Shown here piece after piece: positions 1 through 10,165 of a stretch of 56,982 bases of DNA. The DNA comes from Acidimicrobiia bacterium (lineage in GTDB: Bacteria; Actinomycetota; Acidimicrobiia; Spongiisociales; Spongiisociaceae), in contig JBFGLM010000031.1 in the NCBI GenBank assembly GCA_041576165.1, positions 1-56,982 on the forward strand, given 5' to 3'. Position numbers and translations under genes: made by a program. Each line of letters begins with the position of its first letter. Position 1 is the stretch's first letter. The notes beneath the pieces were generated by a model. The model was given only the letters and a program-made list of their open reading frames with translations, had not been told where the DNA came from and ran no database searches.

Positions 1-296
1 CCGTCAAGCGAAGCTAGCGAACGCGCGTCGAGCAGGCAGTGTCGTCGGACTTGTTCGCTCCCCGGTGTGTCGCCCACGGACCGCCCGGGACCTTATGTCT
101 GATCACGATCTGCGCCTCGACGTCGACAGTGGCCTGGTCCCGTGTCCGGAAAAAGGCGGGAACCCATTCGAGCTCTGGCGACTCTTTCCCCTAAGAGGCG
201 GGCCGGCGGGCTCCAGGCACACCCACCGGCCCGCCTCCTAGGCTGCACGCCAATCGGCGTGAGATCCGGCGCCGGTGATCACCGGGAGGCTCACGG

Positions 297-1187
297 ATGG
301 GCGGGTACGTAGTGAAACGGCAAGCGGCGCGCCGGCTGGAACCCCATGCTTCGGTGGCCGGCTCCGCCGGGCTCGAGCAAGCGATCCTGGTTGATCGCAC
401 CGACGGCTCGGCCCACGTGGAGCTTGCGTTGTGCCGACTCCAGCCCGGCGGCCACATCGGTGGGCACCTGCACCCGTTCGAGGAGTCGTTCTACGTTCTG
501 GCAGGCCGGGCATTACTGGCCCTGGACCATCAACACCACGAACTCCGGCGGGACGATTTCGGGTTTGCGCCGGTAGCCACCCCGCATGCATGGTCGAACC
601 CGTTTGATGAACCGTTCACCTGGTACTGCGTCCGCTCGCCGCAGCCACGGCCGATCGGGCGGTCTCGCGGGACGTTCCCACTCAGGGACTTTCCGGTCCC
701 CGAGCAGGGCCGACCGGCGCACGAACTCCATCCACTGAGCCGCTACGTCGGGCATTTCGCCGACACGGACCTCGGTGCGCCGGGTCCGCTCACCATGCCC
801 GGCGCGCACGGTCATGACATCCGGGACGTGTCCATCCGCATGATGGTCGATGACGTCCTGGGGTCGATTCACCATCAGACCTTCATGGTCCAGTTTGCCC
901 CGACCGGCGAGGACCGGTTCTCTGGCAGCGCTCATTTCCACGATTTCGAAGAGGCCTACTTCGTCGTGGCGGGAGCCGGCGAGGTCGAGCTGGAAGGTGA
1001 GCGGTTCCGGGCACAGCCCGGTGATCTCGTATGGGAGGCTCCGGGTGTCATGCACGCGTGGCGGGCGGTAGGAGACGATCCGCTCCGATTCATCGAGCTG
1101 ATGGCGCCCCGCCCGCCGTATACCAACATGCTCTTCTCCGAAAAGACCTGGTCGGACCTGGCGGAGGAAACGCTCGGGTCGGGGTGA
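297..1187 (+). CDS. Bicupin (two cupin domains), probable metal-dependent enzyme
   Basis: Two cupin motif pairs: HLHPFEESFYVLAG...PHAW and HFHDFEEAYFVVAG...MHAW. GGGAGG RBS before ATG 297. Confidence 0.85.
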   Translation: MGGYVVKRQAARRLEPHASVAGSAGLEQAILVDRTDGSAHVELALCRLQPGGHIGGHLHPFEESFYVLAGRALLALDHQHHELRRDDFGFAPVATPHAWSNPFDEPFTWYCVRSPQPRPIGRSRGTFPLRDFPVPEQGRPAHELHPLSRYVGHFADTDLGAPGPLTMPGAHGHDIRDVSIRMMVDDVLGSIHHQTFMVQFAPTGEDRFSGSAHFHDFEEAYFVVAGAGEVELEGERFRAQPGDLVWEAPGVMHAWRAVGDDPLRFIELMAPRPPYTNMLFSEKTWSDLAEETLGSG

Positions 1188-1201
1188 CCCGGCGGCTGCC
1201 A

Positions 1202-2755
1202 TCAATCATCGTACCGACACTCGCCGTTGCCCATCACCGGTCGGATACCGGCCAGGCAATCCACCAGCTGGCCTTCTCGTGCGGTCACATCCGGGGGTGG
1301 TACGCCGTCGGGAATCGCCAGCCGCCACGGATAACGCCGCGCATCCCATAGGACTACTGCGACGAGCCGACCATCCGCGTCGAAGCCCCGGCTCAACGGG
1401 AACTCACCGTCGCCGTAGCCATTGGCAAAGATGATCGTGTCGTCACCCTCCATTGAATCGAGATCCTCTATGAGCAACTCGGAGTCGCCGCTCAACCACG
1501 CGTCCGCCAGGGCTTCGCTCAGCACACTGAAGCCTTCCGGTCCATAGCCAAGTTCGGCCGCCCGATCGATCACCGACCCGGTGAGGATGGCCCCGGTGCC
1601 GCTGTCGGTGAGGTACGCAAACTCGAACTGGCCCCACCGATCCACCGTCCTCCCTGGCAGGCCGGCGCGAATTCCAAGAATCGCGCTCCAACGGCTTGTC
1701 ACCTCTCGTACCACCTCGACCGACAGCGTGACCCCTTCGCCGAAGTCGGTCGTCACTGCGTCGGAGGCGAATGCCACGATGTCGGCCTGCACCGCACCGC
1801 CGTCGAGGGTCAGCAGCTCGCCGTTGGGAACCACGAGGTTGGTCAGATGCTCGGTCACGACCGCGACCCCAGCTGGAATTGGAACCTCATACGGCCGACC
1901 GTCCAGGTCCAGACTCACCTCCAGCGGGGGAGCATTTGTGGGCGTATAGGTCTCGAAACCCAACCAGGGTCCCGAGGTATCCTCGAAGGTGGTCGGACAC
2001 TGCAAGCTCTCTGCCGGCCGCATGTCCGGCCAGGGCGTCCCGTCGGTCTCGAAGTGCAGTTCGCCTACAAACCGGCGAACATCCTGGGCCATCAACCGCA
2101 AGCGCTCAACGACACCCTGTTCGTCGACCCAGACGTCCAGGGTCCATACGACACTCGTCAGGGGATAACCGAGCACGACCGAGGGAGGCTGCGGATTGCC
2201 ATCGGTCCACTGCGACGGCGCCGGGAGTCCTTCGAAACGCTCGAACTCCCGGCCGTTACGATCGATGTGGGACGTCGGCGACACCTCCTGCAGCCCAAAC
2301 GCTTCCAGCGCTCCCGCCCGGTTCCGCAGCTGATCGATCGCGGCGGGAGGAACTCGCAAGAATTCGTTGATATCTGCGTACGGGCCCGGCGCCTGACCTG
2401 GTCTCACGTGGCGGTACACGACGCGGGAATCCTGGCTGGCGACCTGCAGCCTCGACGTGACGTCGGGGTAGAGCCAGATGTGGTCGGCGGCAAAGACGCC
2501 GCGCTCCAGGTCGGCCGAACCAAAGGAATAGCCACGCTCGTTGACTTCGTCTTCGGACAGGTACACGCCCCCGAGCCGGCACGCCTCCCACCGATAGGTC
2601 GGGTCCGAGCGGAACCCCAACGAGCCGGTCGAGGGCGCACCGGCTGCCGCCACCGGCTCCGGGTCGGGCGCAGGCGGCGCGGCAGTGCCGGTACACGACG
2701 CGGCCAGCAGGGCGCCACTCATCCCTGCGAGCCACCAGAAGGCCGGGCTATGCAT
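1202..2755 (-). CDS. Putative lipoprotein with C-terminal DUF4241-like domain
   Basis: ATG 2755 gives MHSPAFWWLAGMSGALLAASC (lipobox-like Cys) and a Pro/Ala linker. C-terminal motifs TDSGTG and FANGYGDGEFPLSRGFDADGRLVAVV resemble DUF4241. The start is uncertain; the ORF is open to 2851. Confidence 0.6.
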   Translation of the reverse strand: MHSPAFWWLAGMSGALLAASCTGTAAPPAPDPEPVAAAGAPSTGSLGFRSDPTYRWEACRLGGVYLSEDEVNERGYSFGSADLERGVFAADHIWLYPDVTSRLQVASQDSRVVYRHVRPGQAPGPYADINEFLRVPPAAIDQLRNRAGALEAFGLQEVSPTSHIDRNGREFERFEGLPAPSQWTDGNPQPPSVVLGYPLTSVVWTLDVWVDEQGVVERLRLMAQDVRRFVGELHFETDGTPWPDMRPAESLQCPTTFEDTSGPWLGFETYTPTNAPPLEVSLDLDGRPYEVPIPAGVAVVTEHLTNLVVPNGELLTLDGGAVQADIVAFASDAVTTDFGEGVTLSVEVVREVTSRWSAILGIRAGLPGRTVDRWGQFEFAYLTDSGTGAILTGSVIDRAAELGYGPEGFSVLSEALADAWLSGDSELLIEDLDSMEGDDTIIFANGYGDGEFPLSRGFDADGRLVAVVLWDARRYPWRLAIPDGVPPPDVTAREGQLVDCLAGIRPVMGNGECRYDD

Positions 2756-2847
2756 CGTAGGGATATCGTCCGGAGGGGATGTCTGATTGAGGCACCGGAC
2801 GCGGCGCGTACCAGCGCGCGTTCGCGGTTGCACCCACCGACCCTTCC

Positions 2848-4620
2848 TCATCGGGTGCTGGTGTGCTCCCAGACCGCCTGCAAACGGGCATAGCCGCCAC
2901 CGGCCGCCACCAGCTCCTGGTGGGTGCCGACCTCGCTGATCCTGCCGGCGTCGATGACAACCACCCGGTCTGCCCGCTGGGCGGTCTGGAGCCGGTGGGC
3001 AATGACGATGGCCGTGCGGTTCTCGAGCAAGACGGTCAGTGCCTGTTCGACCTGCGCCTCGGTTTCAGGATCCAGGTTGGACGTAGCTTCGTCCAGCACG
3101 ATCACATTCGGGTCGGCCGCCAGGGCCCGGGCCAGCGCCACCAGCTGGCGCTCCCCCGACGAGAGCCGGCTGCCCCGCTCCCGGACATCGGTGTCGAGCC
3201 GCTCGGGAAGCGACCGGATCCAGCCTTCGATGCCCATGGCCCGGCATACCTCCCACACCTCGACGTCGCTCATCTGGGGGCGGGCGTAGCGGATGTTGTC
3301 GCGGATCGAGCCGCTGAAGAGGAATCCTTCTTGGGGAACGAGGGTGACCAGCCGCCGTAGCGTGGCTGACGGGACCCGCGTGAGGTCCACCCCATCGATG
3401 GCGACGGTCCCGGTATCGGGGTCGTAGAAACGGACCGCCAGCTTGGCGATAGTGCTCTTTCCCGCGCCGGTCTCGCCGACAATTGCCACCCGCTCCCCGG
3501 GCGCGATCTCGAGCTCGATGTCGTGCAGCACCGGCAGCCCGTCGTCGTAGCCGAAGGTGACGTCGGAAAAACGGACGGCCCCACCGCCGGCCGGGGTAGC
3601 CGGTGACTCGGGTTCTGGCACCGCAGCCGGCCGGTCGAGGACGCCGAACAGTTTGGAGAGCGCCGCTAGCGCTGACTGGAGCAGGTTGTACGTGTTCGAA
3701 AGCTGCGTGACCGGCTCGAAGAACCAGGCCAGGTACAGGAGGAATGCCACTAGCGACCCGAATGTCAGTGTGCCCTCCATCACCCGGAGGCCCCCAACCA
3801 CCAGCACGATCACTTGGCCGACTGTGCGAAAGAAGTCGACCGTTGGGAAGTACAGCGAGATGGCGCGGGCGGCAGCCATGTTCGCTTCGTAGTATTCGTC
3901 GTTGATACGCCCGAAGACGTCGGCTCGTTCGGCTTCCTGGGTGTATGCCTGCACGACCCGCACCCCGGTGATGCCCTCCTGGAGCGATCCCAGCACCAGG
4001 CCGATCTGTTCGCGGATTCGGCGGTAGGCCCGATCGGCGTAGATCCGGAACACCAGCGACGCCACCAGCAACAAAGGGAGCATCAGCACGATCAGCAACG
4101 CCAACTGGACGTCGACGAAGAACATCGCGATCAGCACGCCGATCAACGTCAGAAACGCCGTGACGATGTTGACCGCCCCGTCCTCGACGAAGATCCCCAG
4201 CGCCTCGATGTCCGACGTCATGCGGGATACGATCACGCCGGTCTTGGTTCGTGCGAAAAAGTCGACGTCGAGGCGGATCAAGTGGTCGAACACCCGTACT
4301 CGGAGATCCCTGAGGTACTGCTGGCCGACCCAGGCCACGCCGTATACGGACGCTCGTTGGGTCAACCATTGCAAGACGAGGACCGCAGCAAACACAAATG
4401 CCGCCCTCGTCACCGCTTGGGTGTCGGCTCGGTCGATGCCGGCGTCGACCCCCGCACGCACCACCAGCGGCCCGATCAGCCGGATGATCGTCGCCAGGAT
4501 GGTCACAGCGATGGCGCCCGCAAACGGCCAAACCAGGTACCTTCCAAACCGAGCCGCCCGTCGCACGAGTTTGAGCGGCGCGTTGACCTCGTGCTGGCCG
4601 CCGAACCGCGCGTACATCAT
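2848..4620 (-). CDS. ABC exporter, fused permease/ATP-binding subunit (heterodimer partner 2)
   Basis: Six TM segments, Walker A GETGAGKST, signature LSSGERQ, VLDEATS, IAHRL. ATGA overlap with the upstream paralog. Confidence 0.93.
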   Translation of the reverse strand: MMYARFGGQHEVNAPLKLVRRAARFGRYLVWPFAGAIAVTILATIIRLIGPLVVRAGVDAGIDRADTQAVTRAAFVFAAVLVLQWLTQRASVYGVAWVGQQYLRDLRVRVFDHLIRLDVDFFARTKTGVIVSRMTSDIEALGIFVEDGAVNIVTAFLTLIGVLIAMFFVDVQLALLIVLMLPLLLVASLVFRIYADRAYRRIREQIGLVLGSLQEGITGVRVVQAYTQEAERADVFGRINDEYYEANMAAARAISLYFPTVDFFRTVGQVIVLVVGGLRVMEGTLTFGSLVAFLLYLAWFFEPVTQLSNTYNLLQSALAALSKLFGVLDRPAAVPEPESPATPAGGGAVRFSDVTFGYDDGLPVLHDIELEIAPGERVAIVGETGAGKSTIAKLAVRFYDPDTGTVAIDGVDLTRVPSATLRRLVTLVPQEGFLFSGSIRDNIRYARPQMSDVEVWEVCRAMGIEGWIRSLPERLDTDVRERGSRLSSGERQLVALARALAADPNVIVLDEATSNLDPETEAQVEQALTVLLENRTAIVIAHRLQTAQRADRVVVIDAGRISEVGTHQELVAAGGGYARLQAVWEHTSTR

Positions 4621-6389
4621 GGTGAGGTCTCCCCGTCCACGTTCGCATCGGCAATGGTCTCGGCCAGGATCTCCGCGTAGCGAGGCTCCGTTGCCAGCAG
4701 CCGAGCATGGGTGCCGGCTGCCTTCACCCGACCCTCCTCCAGGAGGATGACCCGGTCGGCCAGCGTCAGCGTCGACGTGCGGTGCGCAATGATGATGGTG
4801 GTCCGCCCCGCCATCACGGTCTGGAGCGCTCCCCGGATCTCTTCTTCGGTGATGGCGTCGACAGACGACGTGGCGTCGTCCAGGATCAGGACTCGTGGAT
4901 CGCGCAACACTGCCCGGGCCAGCGCGATGCGCTGCCGCTGTCCCCCAGACAGCGAGTAGCCGCGTTCTCCGACCGGTGTCTCGTAGCCATCCGGCGTGTC
5001 CAGGATGAATTGATGCGCCTGCGCCAGCCTGGCCGCCAGCCGTACTTGCTCATCGGTGGCCTCCGGATTGCCGAAGGCGATGTTTTCCCGAATCGTGGCC
5101 GAGAACAGGAAGGTGTCCTCGAAGACCAGCGCCACCGCCGAGCGCACGTCGGCCAGCGTGACCTTGCGGACATCGACACCGTCGATCGTCACCGTCCCGC
5201 GATCCACGTCATAGAAGCGGGGAATGAGGTAGGCCATTGTTGACTTGCCAGAACCGGTCGACCCCACCAGCGCAACCGATGTGCCACCGGGTATCGTCAG
5301 CTCGAGCCCGTCGAGGACCCCGGGCCCACCCTCGTAGCGAAACGACACATCATGGAACCGCACCTCACCGGGTCCGTCGTGCAGCGGCTCTGGCCGGGCC
5401 GGGTCCTCGATGTCAGGGGCGGTCTTCAAGAAGTCCATCACTCGCGAGCCCGCCGCGGCCGCGCGCGGTGCTTGGGCAAAGAAGAAGCCGGACATGCGCA
5501 AGGGGAAGACGAGCAACGTGAGGTACTGGGTGAAGGCCACAAAGGCGCCGAGCGTCAACGAACCGTCAATCACGCGCAAGCCGCCCACCCACAGCACCAA
5601 CAGGGTCGCCACCGAGGGAACGAGTTCGAATAGCGGCACGTAGGTCGAGCGGTGCCGCGTGAGCTCCATGGTCCGGCCGAAGATCCTGCCGGCCGCTCGC
5701 GCCAAGCGATCGGTCTCCTGCCGCTCTTGGCCATAGGCTTTGACCACCCGCACCCCGGCTACGGCTTCCTCGACCACGGTGTTGAGGTCTGCCAGCCGCT
5801 GCTGTACCTCCCACGAGACGCGCAGCACCCGGCGGGCATACCGGTTGGCCAGAGTGAACATGGTCGGAACCGCGAGGGCCGCCAGCCCGCCCACGACCGG
5901 ATCCATGACCACCATCACGATCACCACGAGCACCAGCATCGCCAAGTTGGCCACGGTCACCGGGAGCATCGCAAACACCAGCCTCACCTGGGAGAGGTCA
6001 GTCGACGCCCGGGCCATCACCTCACCCGCCGGCACCCGGTCGTGGAACGCGAACGCCAGGCGTTGCATGTGCTCGAAGATGCGGTTTCGCAACTGCGTCT
6101 CGGCCCGGTAGGCGAGCATGAAACCGAAGAAGCGGCGCCACCCGATCGAGGCCGCGCGCATGGTCCCAGCCGCGACGACGAGCCAGATGAGCGGACCCAG
6201 GCGATCACGGTTGGCCGGGGCGATGGCGCCGTCGATCACCTCAGAGATCAGCCAGGGTCCGATCACGACGAAGATCATCCACGTCGCCGCCCCGGCGATG
6301 CTCATGGCCGACTCGAAGCGGTAGCGCCAGAGGGTGCGGACCAGCATCCCAAACCCCTGCCGAACCACGGGATCCCGCAACGTCGTCAT
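4617..6389 (-). CDS. ABC exporter, fused permease/ATP-binding subunit (heterodimer partner 1)
   Basis: Walker A GSTGSGKST, LSGGQRQ, and Walker B ILDDATS (Asp in place of the catalytic Glu, typical of the degenerate site of heterodimeric exporters). Start re-called to ATG 6389, 7 nt after a TAGGGT -10. Confidence 0.92.
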   Translation of the reverse strand: MTTLRDPVVRQGFGMLVRTLWRYRFESAMSIAGAATWMIFVVIGPWLISEVIDGAIAPANRDRLGPLIWLVVAAGTMRAASIGWRRFFGFMLAYRAETQLRNRIFEHMQRLAFAFHDRVPAGEVMARASTDLSQVRLVFAMLPVTVANLAMLVLVVIVMVVMDPVVGGLAALAVPTMFTLANRYARRVLRVSWEVQQRLADLNTVVEEAVAGVRVVKAYGQERQETDRLARAAGRIFGRTMELTRHRSTYVPLFELVPSVATLLVLWVGGLRVIDGSLTLGAFVAFTQYLTLLVFPLRMSGFFFAQAPRAAAAGSRVMDFLKTAPDIEDPARPEPLHDGPGEVRFHDVSFRYEGGPGVLDGLELTIPGGTSVALVGSTGSGKSTMAYLIPRFYDVDRGTVTIDGVDVRKVTLADVRSAVALVFEDTFLFSATIRENIAFGNPEATDEQVRLAARLAQAHQFILDTPDGYETPVGERGYSLSGGQRQRIALARAVLRDPRVLILDDATSSVDAITEEEIRGALQTVMAGRTTIIIAHRTSTLTLADRVILLEEGRVKAAGTHARLLATEPRYAEILAETIADANVDGETSP

Positions 6390-6537
6390 GGTCGTCACCC
6401 TAGGGCAGCCACTCGGATGCCCAGTTCGGCGCTGGCGGATACGGCGTCTTGTCATCCATCGATCCGCTCGCTCCGTATCAGTAGCGGGCGGGTCAACACG
6501 GCTCGCCCTCCGCGGCGGCAAACATGGGAGGCACTCA

Positions 6538-8334
6538 ATGCTGCGCAGGCTCACAATAATTCTGATGACCATGCTCATGGTCATACCGCTGATGGCGCCG
6601 GGCGCCGCAGCGGCACCCGGCGATGGCGAGCTCACAGTGATTCATGGCATACCCGATGTCACTGTGGACGTCTGGGCGAATGGGGCGTCGTTGCTTCCGG
6701 GGTTCGCGCCGGGGACGGTGACCGATCCACTTGTTCTTCCGGCCGGCACGTACGACGTGGTGATCACCTCGCCCGGCATGCCGGCGGACGTGATCGTTGA
6801 AGGCACGATCTACCTCGGTCCGGGTGCGAACGTAACAGCGATCGCGCACCTCACCGAGGCCGGCGTCCCGGCCCTCCGCGCGTTCGCAAACGACGACTCC
6901 CAGATCGTTGGCGACAACGCCCGGCTGACCGTGCGCCACACTGCGGAGGCGCCGCCGTTCGACGTCTGGGCGAACGGATCCGTGCTGATCGAAGACTTCA
7001 CGAATCCGGACTCGGTCACTGTGGAGGTTCCGAGCGGCGACTACGCAGTGGCGCTCAGCTTGCCCAACATGACGGACGTGATCTTCGACGCCGGTACGCT
7101 ATCCCTCGACCCGGGCGTCCATTACATCGTCTATGCGTACGGGACATTCCCGGACACGTTCGACGTTCTGATCCAGGTCATCGGCGACCTGGGACCCGCG
7201 ACGGGCTACGGCATAGCGACGGTCGTCCACGGCGTTCCGGGCCTCACGGTCGACGTCTATCTCAATGGCCAGCTGGCCATCGAAAACTTTGCCCCATCCA
7301 CGATCGCTGGTCCGCTGGTACTGCCTGCGATCGGCTACGACGTCGCCATCTACGCAGCCGACGCTGATCCGCTGGTCGACGCCCCTGCCATCGTTGGGTA
7401 CGCCGATTTGCCGGCCGGCGCCAATGTGTCGCTGGTGGCGTACCTGGACACCGGTGCCGGCCCTGCCGGATTGCTGGGCGGTGGCGCTACGCCGTCTCTG
7501 GGCGTGTTCGTGAATGACACGTCCGCCACGGCCGCCGGCAATGCGCGATTGACGGTACGTCACCTGGCCGACGCTCCCAACGTGGACGTCCGGGCCAACG
7601 GGGCCGTACTGTTCGGCGATGTCCCGAATGGAACTTCGGGCTCAGCCGATGTAGCGGCCGGTGACTATGCGGTGGACCTCACCCTGCCGGGTGACAGCAA
7701 CCCGGTCTTCGACGCCGGCACGCTGTCTTTGGCGGCGGGCACGTCCTATACGGTCTACGCAGTGGGCACTTTCCCCGCCACCTTCGAGCTGCTCATACAG
7801 ACCATCGCCGGCATCGGGCCCGACGGTAGCTTCGCCGATGACGACGGCTCGGTGCACGAGGCAGCCATCGACGCGCTGGCCCGGGCGGGCGTCGTGTTTG
7901 GTACTGCCGACGGCACGTTCCGTCCGACCAGCCTGATCACACGTGGTCAAATGGCGTCGATCATCGCCCGTGCACTCGGGTTGTCGAGCACCGTGGATGC
8001 GTTCCCCGACGACAACGGCTCGGTGCACGAGGCAGCCATCAACGCCATAGCCGCGGCGGGCATCAGTCAAGGTCGCACTGACGGGACATTCGGCCCCAAC
8101 GACCCGGTCACTCGCGGCCAAGCTGCGTCGTTTACGGCCCGGGCACTGGCTCTGAGCGGGGGCCCGGACGCCTTCAGCGACGACGACGGATCCGTCCACG
8201 AGGGCGCCATCAATGCGCTGGCCGCGGCCGGTATCGCGCAGGGCCGGGCCGATGGGACCTACGGCCCGGACGAAAACCTGAAACGAGGTCAGATGGCTTC
8301 GATCTGGGCACGGGCTCTGGGTCTGGCCGGCTGA
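6538..8334 (+). CDS. Secreted surface protein: tandem DUF4397-like domains plus three SLH (S-layer homology) repeats
   Basis: GGGAGG RBS and signal peptide. Repeated VIHGIPDVTVDVWANG / VVHGVPGLTVDVYLNG and ARLTVRH units. Three F.DD.GSVHE.AI.ALA.AG...RGQ.AS repeats at the C-terminus. Confidence 0.85.
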   Translation: MLRRLTIILMTMLMVIPLMAPGAAAAPGDGELTVIHGIPDVTVDVWANGASLLPGFAPGTVTDPLVLPAGTYDVVITSPGMPADVIVEGTIYLGPGANVTAIAHLTEAGVPALRAFANDDSQIVGDNARLTVRHTAEAPPFDVWANGSVLIEDFTNPDSVTVEVPSGDYAVALSLPNMTDVIFDAGTLSLDPGVHYIVYAYGTFPDTFDVLIQVIGDLGPATGYGIATVVHGVPGLTVDVYLNGQLAIENFAPSTIAGPLVLPAIGYDVAIYAADADPLVDAPAIVGYADLPAGANVSLVAYLDTGAGPAGLLGGGATPSLGVFVNDTSATAAGNARLTVRHLADAPNVDVRANGAVLFGDVPNGTSGSADVAAGDYAVDLTLPGDSNPVFDAGTLSLAAGTSYTVYAVGTFPATFELLIQTIAGIGPDGSFADDDGSVHEAAIDALARAGVVFGTADGTFRPTSLITRGQMASIIARALGLSSTVDAFPDDNGSVHEAAINAIAAAGISQGRTDGTFGPNDPVTRGQAASFTARALALSGGPDAFSDDDGSVHEGAINALAAAGIAQGRADGTYGPDENLKRGQMASIWARALGLAG

Positions 8335-8344
8335 AGCATCATCC

Positions 8345-8375
8345 GTTTGGGGGCCCGCGTAGCGGGCCCCCAAAC
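8345..8375. terminator. Hairpin terminator between convergent genes
   Basis: Perfect 14-bp stem GTTTGGGGGCCCGC-gta-GCGGGCCCCCAAAC, 11 nt after the stop at 8334. Confidence 0.85.
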
Positions 8376-8398
8376 AACTTTCCGGACGATGGTCCGGA

Positions 8399-9010
8399 TC
8401 AGCTCAAATGAATCCCCAGCACTGCCGCCAGGTCGGCCAGTGCTCCACGGGTCTCGTTCACCTTGATCGTCGTCATCCCCAGTTCTTTGGCGGGCTTCAA
8501 GTTGGCGCCGATGTCGTCGAGGAAGACGGCTTCGGCGGGTTCGACGCCCAGCTCTTCGAGGGTGAGCTGGTAGATCTCGACCTGAGGTTTGCGATAGCCG
8601 ACAACCGAGGACTCCACAACGACGTCGAATCGTGCTTTGAGATCGCCGTCGTCGAGAGGCGTCCAGTTGTTCGTCAGCGCGGCGACCCGGAAACCGGCGG
8701 CCCGCACCGCGGCCACCGCGTCCAACATCTCGGCCCGGGGCACGGTCACCCGGTTGATCCGGTGCATGAGGTCACGGGTGTCGATGAGTGCACCCGCCGC
8801 CCGGCACTCGTCATTGAACCGAGCACAAAAAGATTCGAAGTCCAGCTCTCCCCGCTCGTGCCGCGACCAAGCGCCGACCAGTCCGGTCCCGGCCACCACC
8901 CGGTTGATCACCCCGGATTCCAGCCCGAGCTCGCGCTCGTAGGCAGCAATCACCTCCAGCGGAGAACCCATGACCACTCCCCCGAGGTCGAAGATGACCG
9001 CCCGGATCAT
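8399..9010 (-). CDS. HAD-family phosphatase (epoxide hydrolase N-terminal/ACAD10-like)
   Basis: Motifs AVIFDLGGV, LTNNW, RKP and FLDDIGANL. Confidence 0.9.
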   Translation of the reverse strand: MIRAVIFDLGGVVMGSPLEVIAAYERELGLESGVINRVVAGTGLVGAWSRHERGELDFESFCARFNDECRAAGALIDTRDLMHRINRVTVPRAEMLDAVAAVRAAGFRVAALTNNWTPLDDGDLKARFDVVVESSVVGYRKPQVEIYQLTLEELGVEPAEAVFLDDIGANLKPAKELGMTTIKVNETRGALADLAAVLGIHLS

Positions 9011-9627
9011 CCGGCCTCCAGCTGCTGGCGGAACAAGTCGACCTGCGACTCAGCCAAGTCGAGCAGAGCCTGCAGTCGGGCCTCGACGTCGTCGATTTGG
9101 AGCAGATCTTGACGATCCATGGTCGACAGCGGCGCCAGCATCATTCCCTGATATGAGGCGACCGCAGGGTCGCCGGATAGGTCCACTTCGATACCGGCGA
9201 CGTCGTAGCCGAGCTCGGACATGAGACCGAAGATCCGGCGCAGTCTATGTCCGAGGCGCTCCAGCGGCTCGCCCATGCTGGTCGCCGGCGCAACGTCGTC
9301 GAGGCGTTCAATGACCGCCCGCGGGTATGGATCGTCCGCCAGCCATTCGGTGACCCGCAGTCGCTGGATGCCGGCAGACACGACCAGCAAATGCCCGCCG
9401 TCGAGCTCCGAAACCTCCAGCAGCCTGGCGACGGTGCCCACGTCAAACCGGGCGTCGCCGCCCCCGACCTCGAATCCTCGCTCGATCAGCACGACACCGA
9501 ACTCGCCCCCACTGTGCTGCAGGTCATCGACCATCTGCAGGTAACGGGGCTCAAAGACCCGGAGCGGCAGCAGCATGTGGGGAACCAGAAGCGATCCCAG
9601 TGGGAACATCGGGAGGTGCTCAGTCAT
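9007..9627 (-). CDS. Stand-alone LON peptidase substrate-binding domain protein
   Basis: LPMFPLGSLLVPHMLLPLRVFEPRYLQMV and FGVVLIERGFEVGGG. No AAA+ or protease domain. Confidence 0.9.
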   Translation of the reverse strand: MTEHLPMFPLGSLLVPHMLLPLRVFEPRYLQMVDDLQHSGGEFGVVLIERGFEVGGGDARFDVGTVARLLEVSELDGGHLLVVSAGIQRLRVTEWLADDPYPRAVIERLDDVAPATSMGEPLERLGHRLRRIFGLMSELGYDVAGIEVDLSGDPAVASYQGMMLAPLSTMDRQDLLQIDDVEARLQALLDLAESQVDLFRQQLEAG

Positions 9628-10097
9628 GTTGGCTCGTCCGCCACCCGCCGGGGGCGTCGTTCGCGCACCCAGAACCGCAGTCGGGAGACTTCCTCGTCCT
9701 CAACCAGGATCCGAAACGCGAGCCCACCCGCGCGGGTGAGTGGCAAGCTGTTGAACGTGAAGGCCCGCACAACCGAGATCTCGCTCCCGGACGGTAGATG
9801 GTCGGGCCGTCGGACCGGGATCGTCTGGCTGATCTTGCGGTCGCCGAAGATGCTGCGCCCGTCCTCGTCCACCAGGTCGACGGATACCCTGAACTGCGGC
9901 TCCTGGTACGCCCACGGGACCCGGAACCTCATGCCGAGCCCCAGCGACGGATGACGGGCCGGGAACTTGCCGACAAAGAGTGTGTCCCATCCGCCGCCCA
10001 GGATGTACAGCTTCCCGGCGATCGCCTGCACCGAATCGGCGAGCAGTGCCACGTCGACCCGGGGCAGGGTGTCCAGCACGTCTGGCTCGAGTTCCAC
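9624..10097 (-). CDS. Conserved hypothetical beta-sandwich protein (DUF6941-like)
   Basis: LLADSVQAIAGKLYILGGGWD motif. First gene of a coupled three-gene operon. TAGAGT -10 lies 7 nt before the GTG. Confidence 0.7.
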   Translation of the reverse strand: MELEPDVLDTLPRVDVALLADSVQAIAGKLYILGGGWDTLFVGKFPARHPSLGLGMRFRVPWAYQEPQFRVSVDLVDEDGRSIFGDRKISQTIPVRRPDHLPSGSEISVVRAFTFNSLPLTRAGGLAFRILVEDEEVSRLRFWVRERRPRRVADEPT

Positions 10098-10165
10098 CCG
10101 TGTGACTCTAACCCTGCTCCGATGTCAGGGCGGAGGCCGTTCCGGCGCCCGATGGGCAATGTTGA

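Noticed and set aside
158-235. GGGAACC at 158-164 as another ECF promoter, and a GC hairpin at 197-235 as a riboswitch or terminator
   Set aside because: No YGTA follows at 16 nt. The hairpin has no U-tract or recognisable aptamer motif, and upstream context is missing.
6334-6635. Apparent head-to-head overlap of the ABC gene and the SLH protein gene
   Set aside because: An artefact of longest-ORF starts. Starts at 6389 (-) and 6538 (+) leave a normal divergent gap.
7828-8330. Repeated GACGACGGCTCGGTGCACGAGGCAGCCATC-like DNA as a non-coding repeat
   Set aside because: Explained by the three coding SLH repeats.
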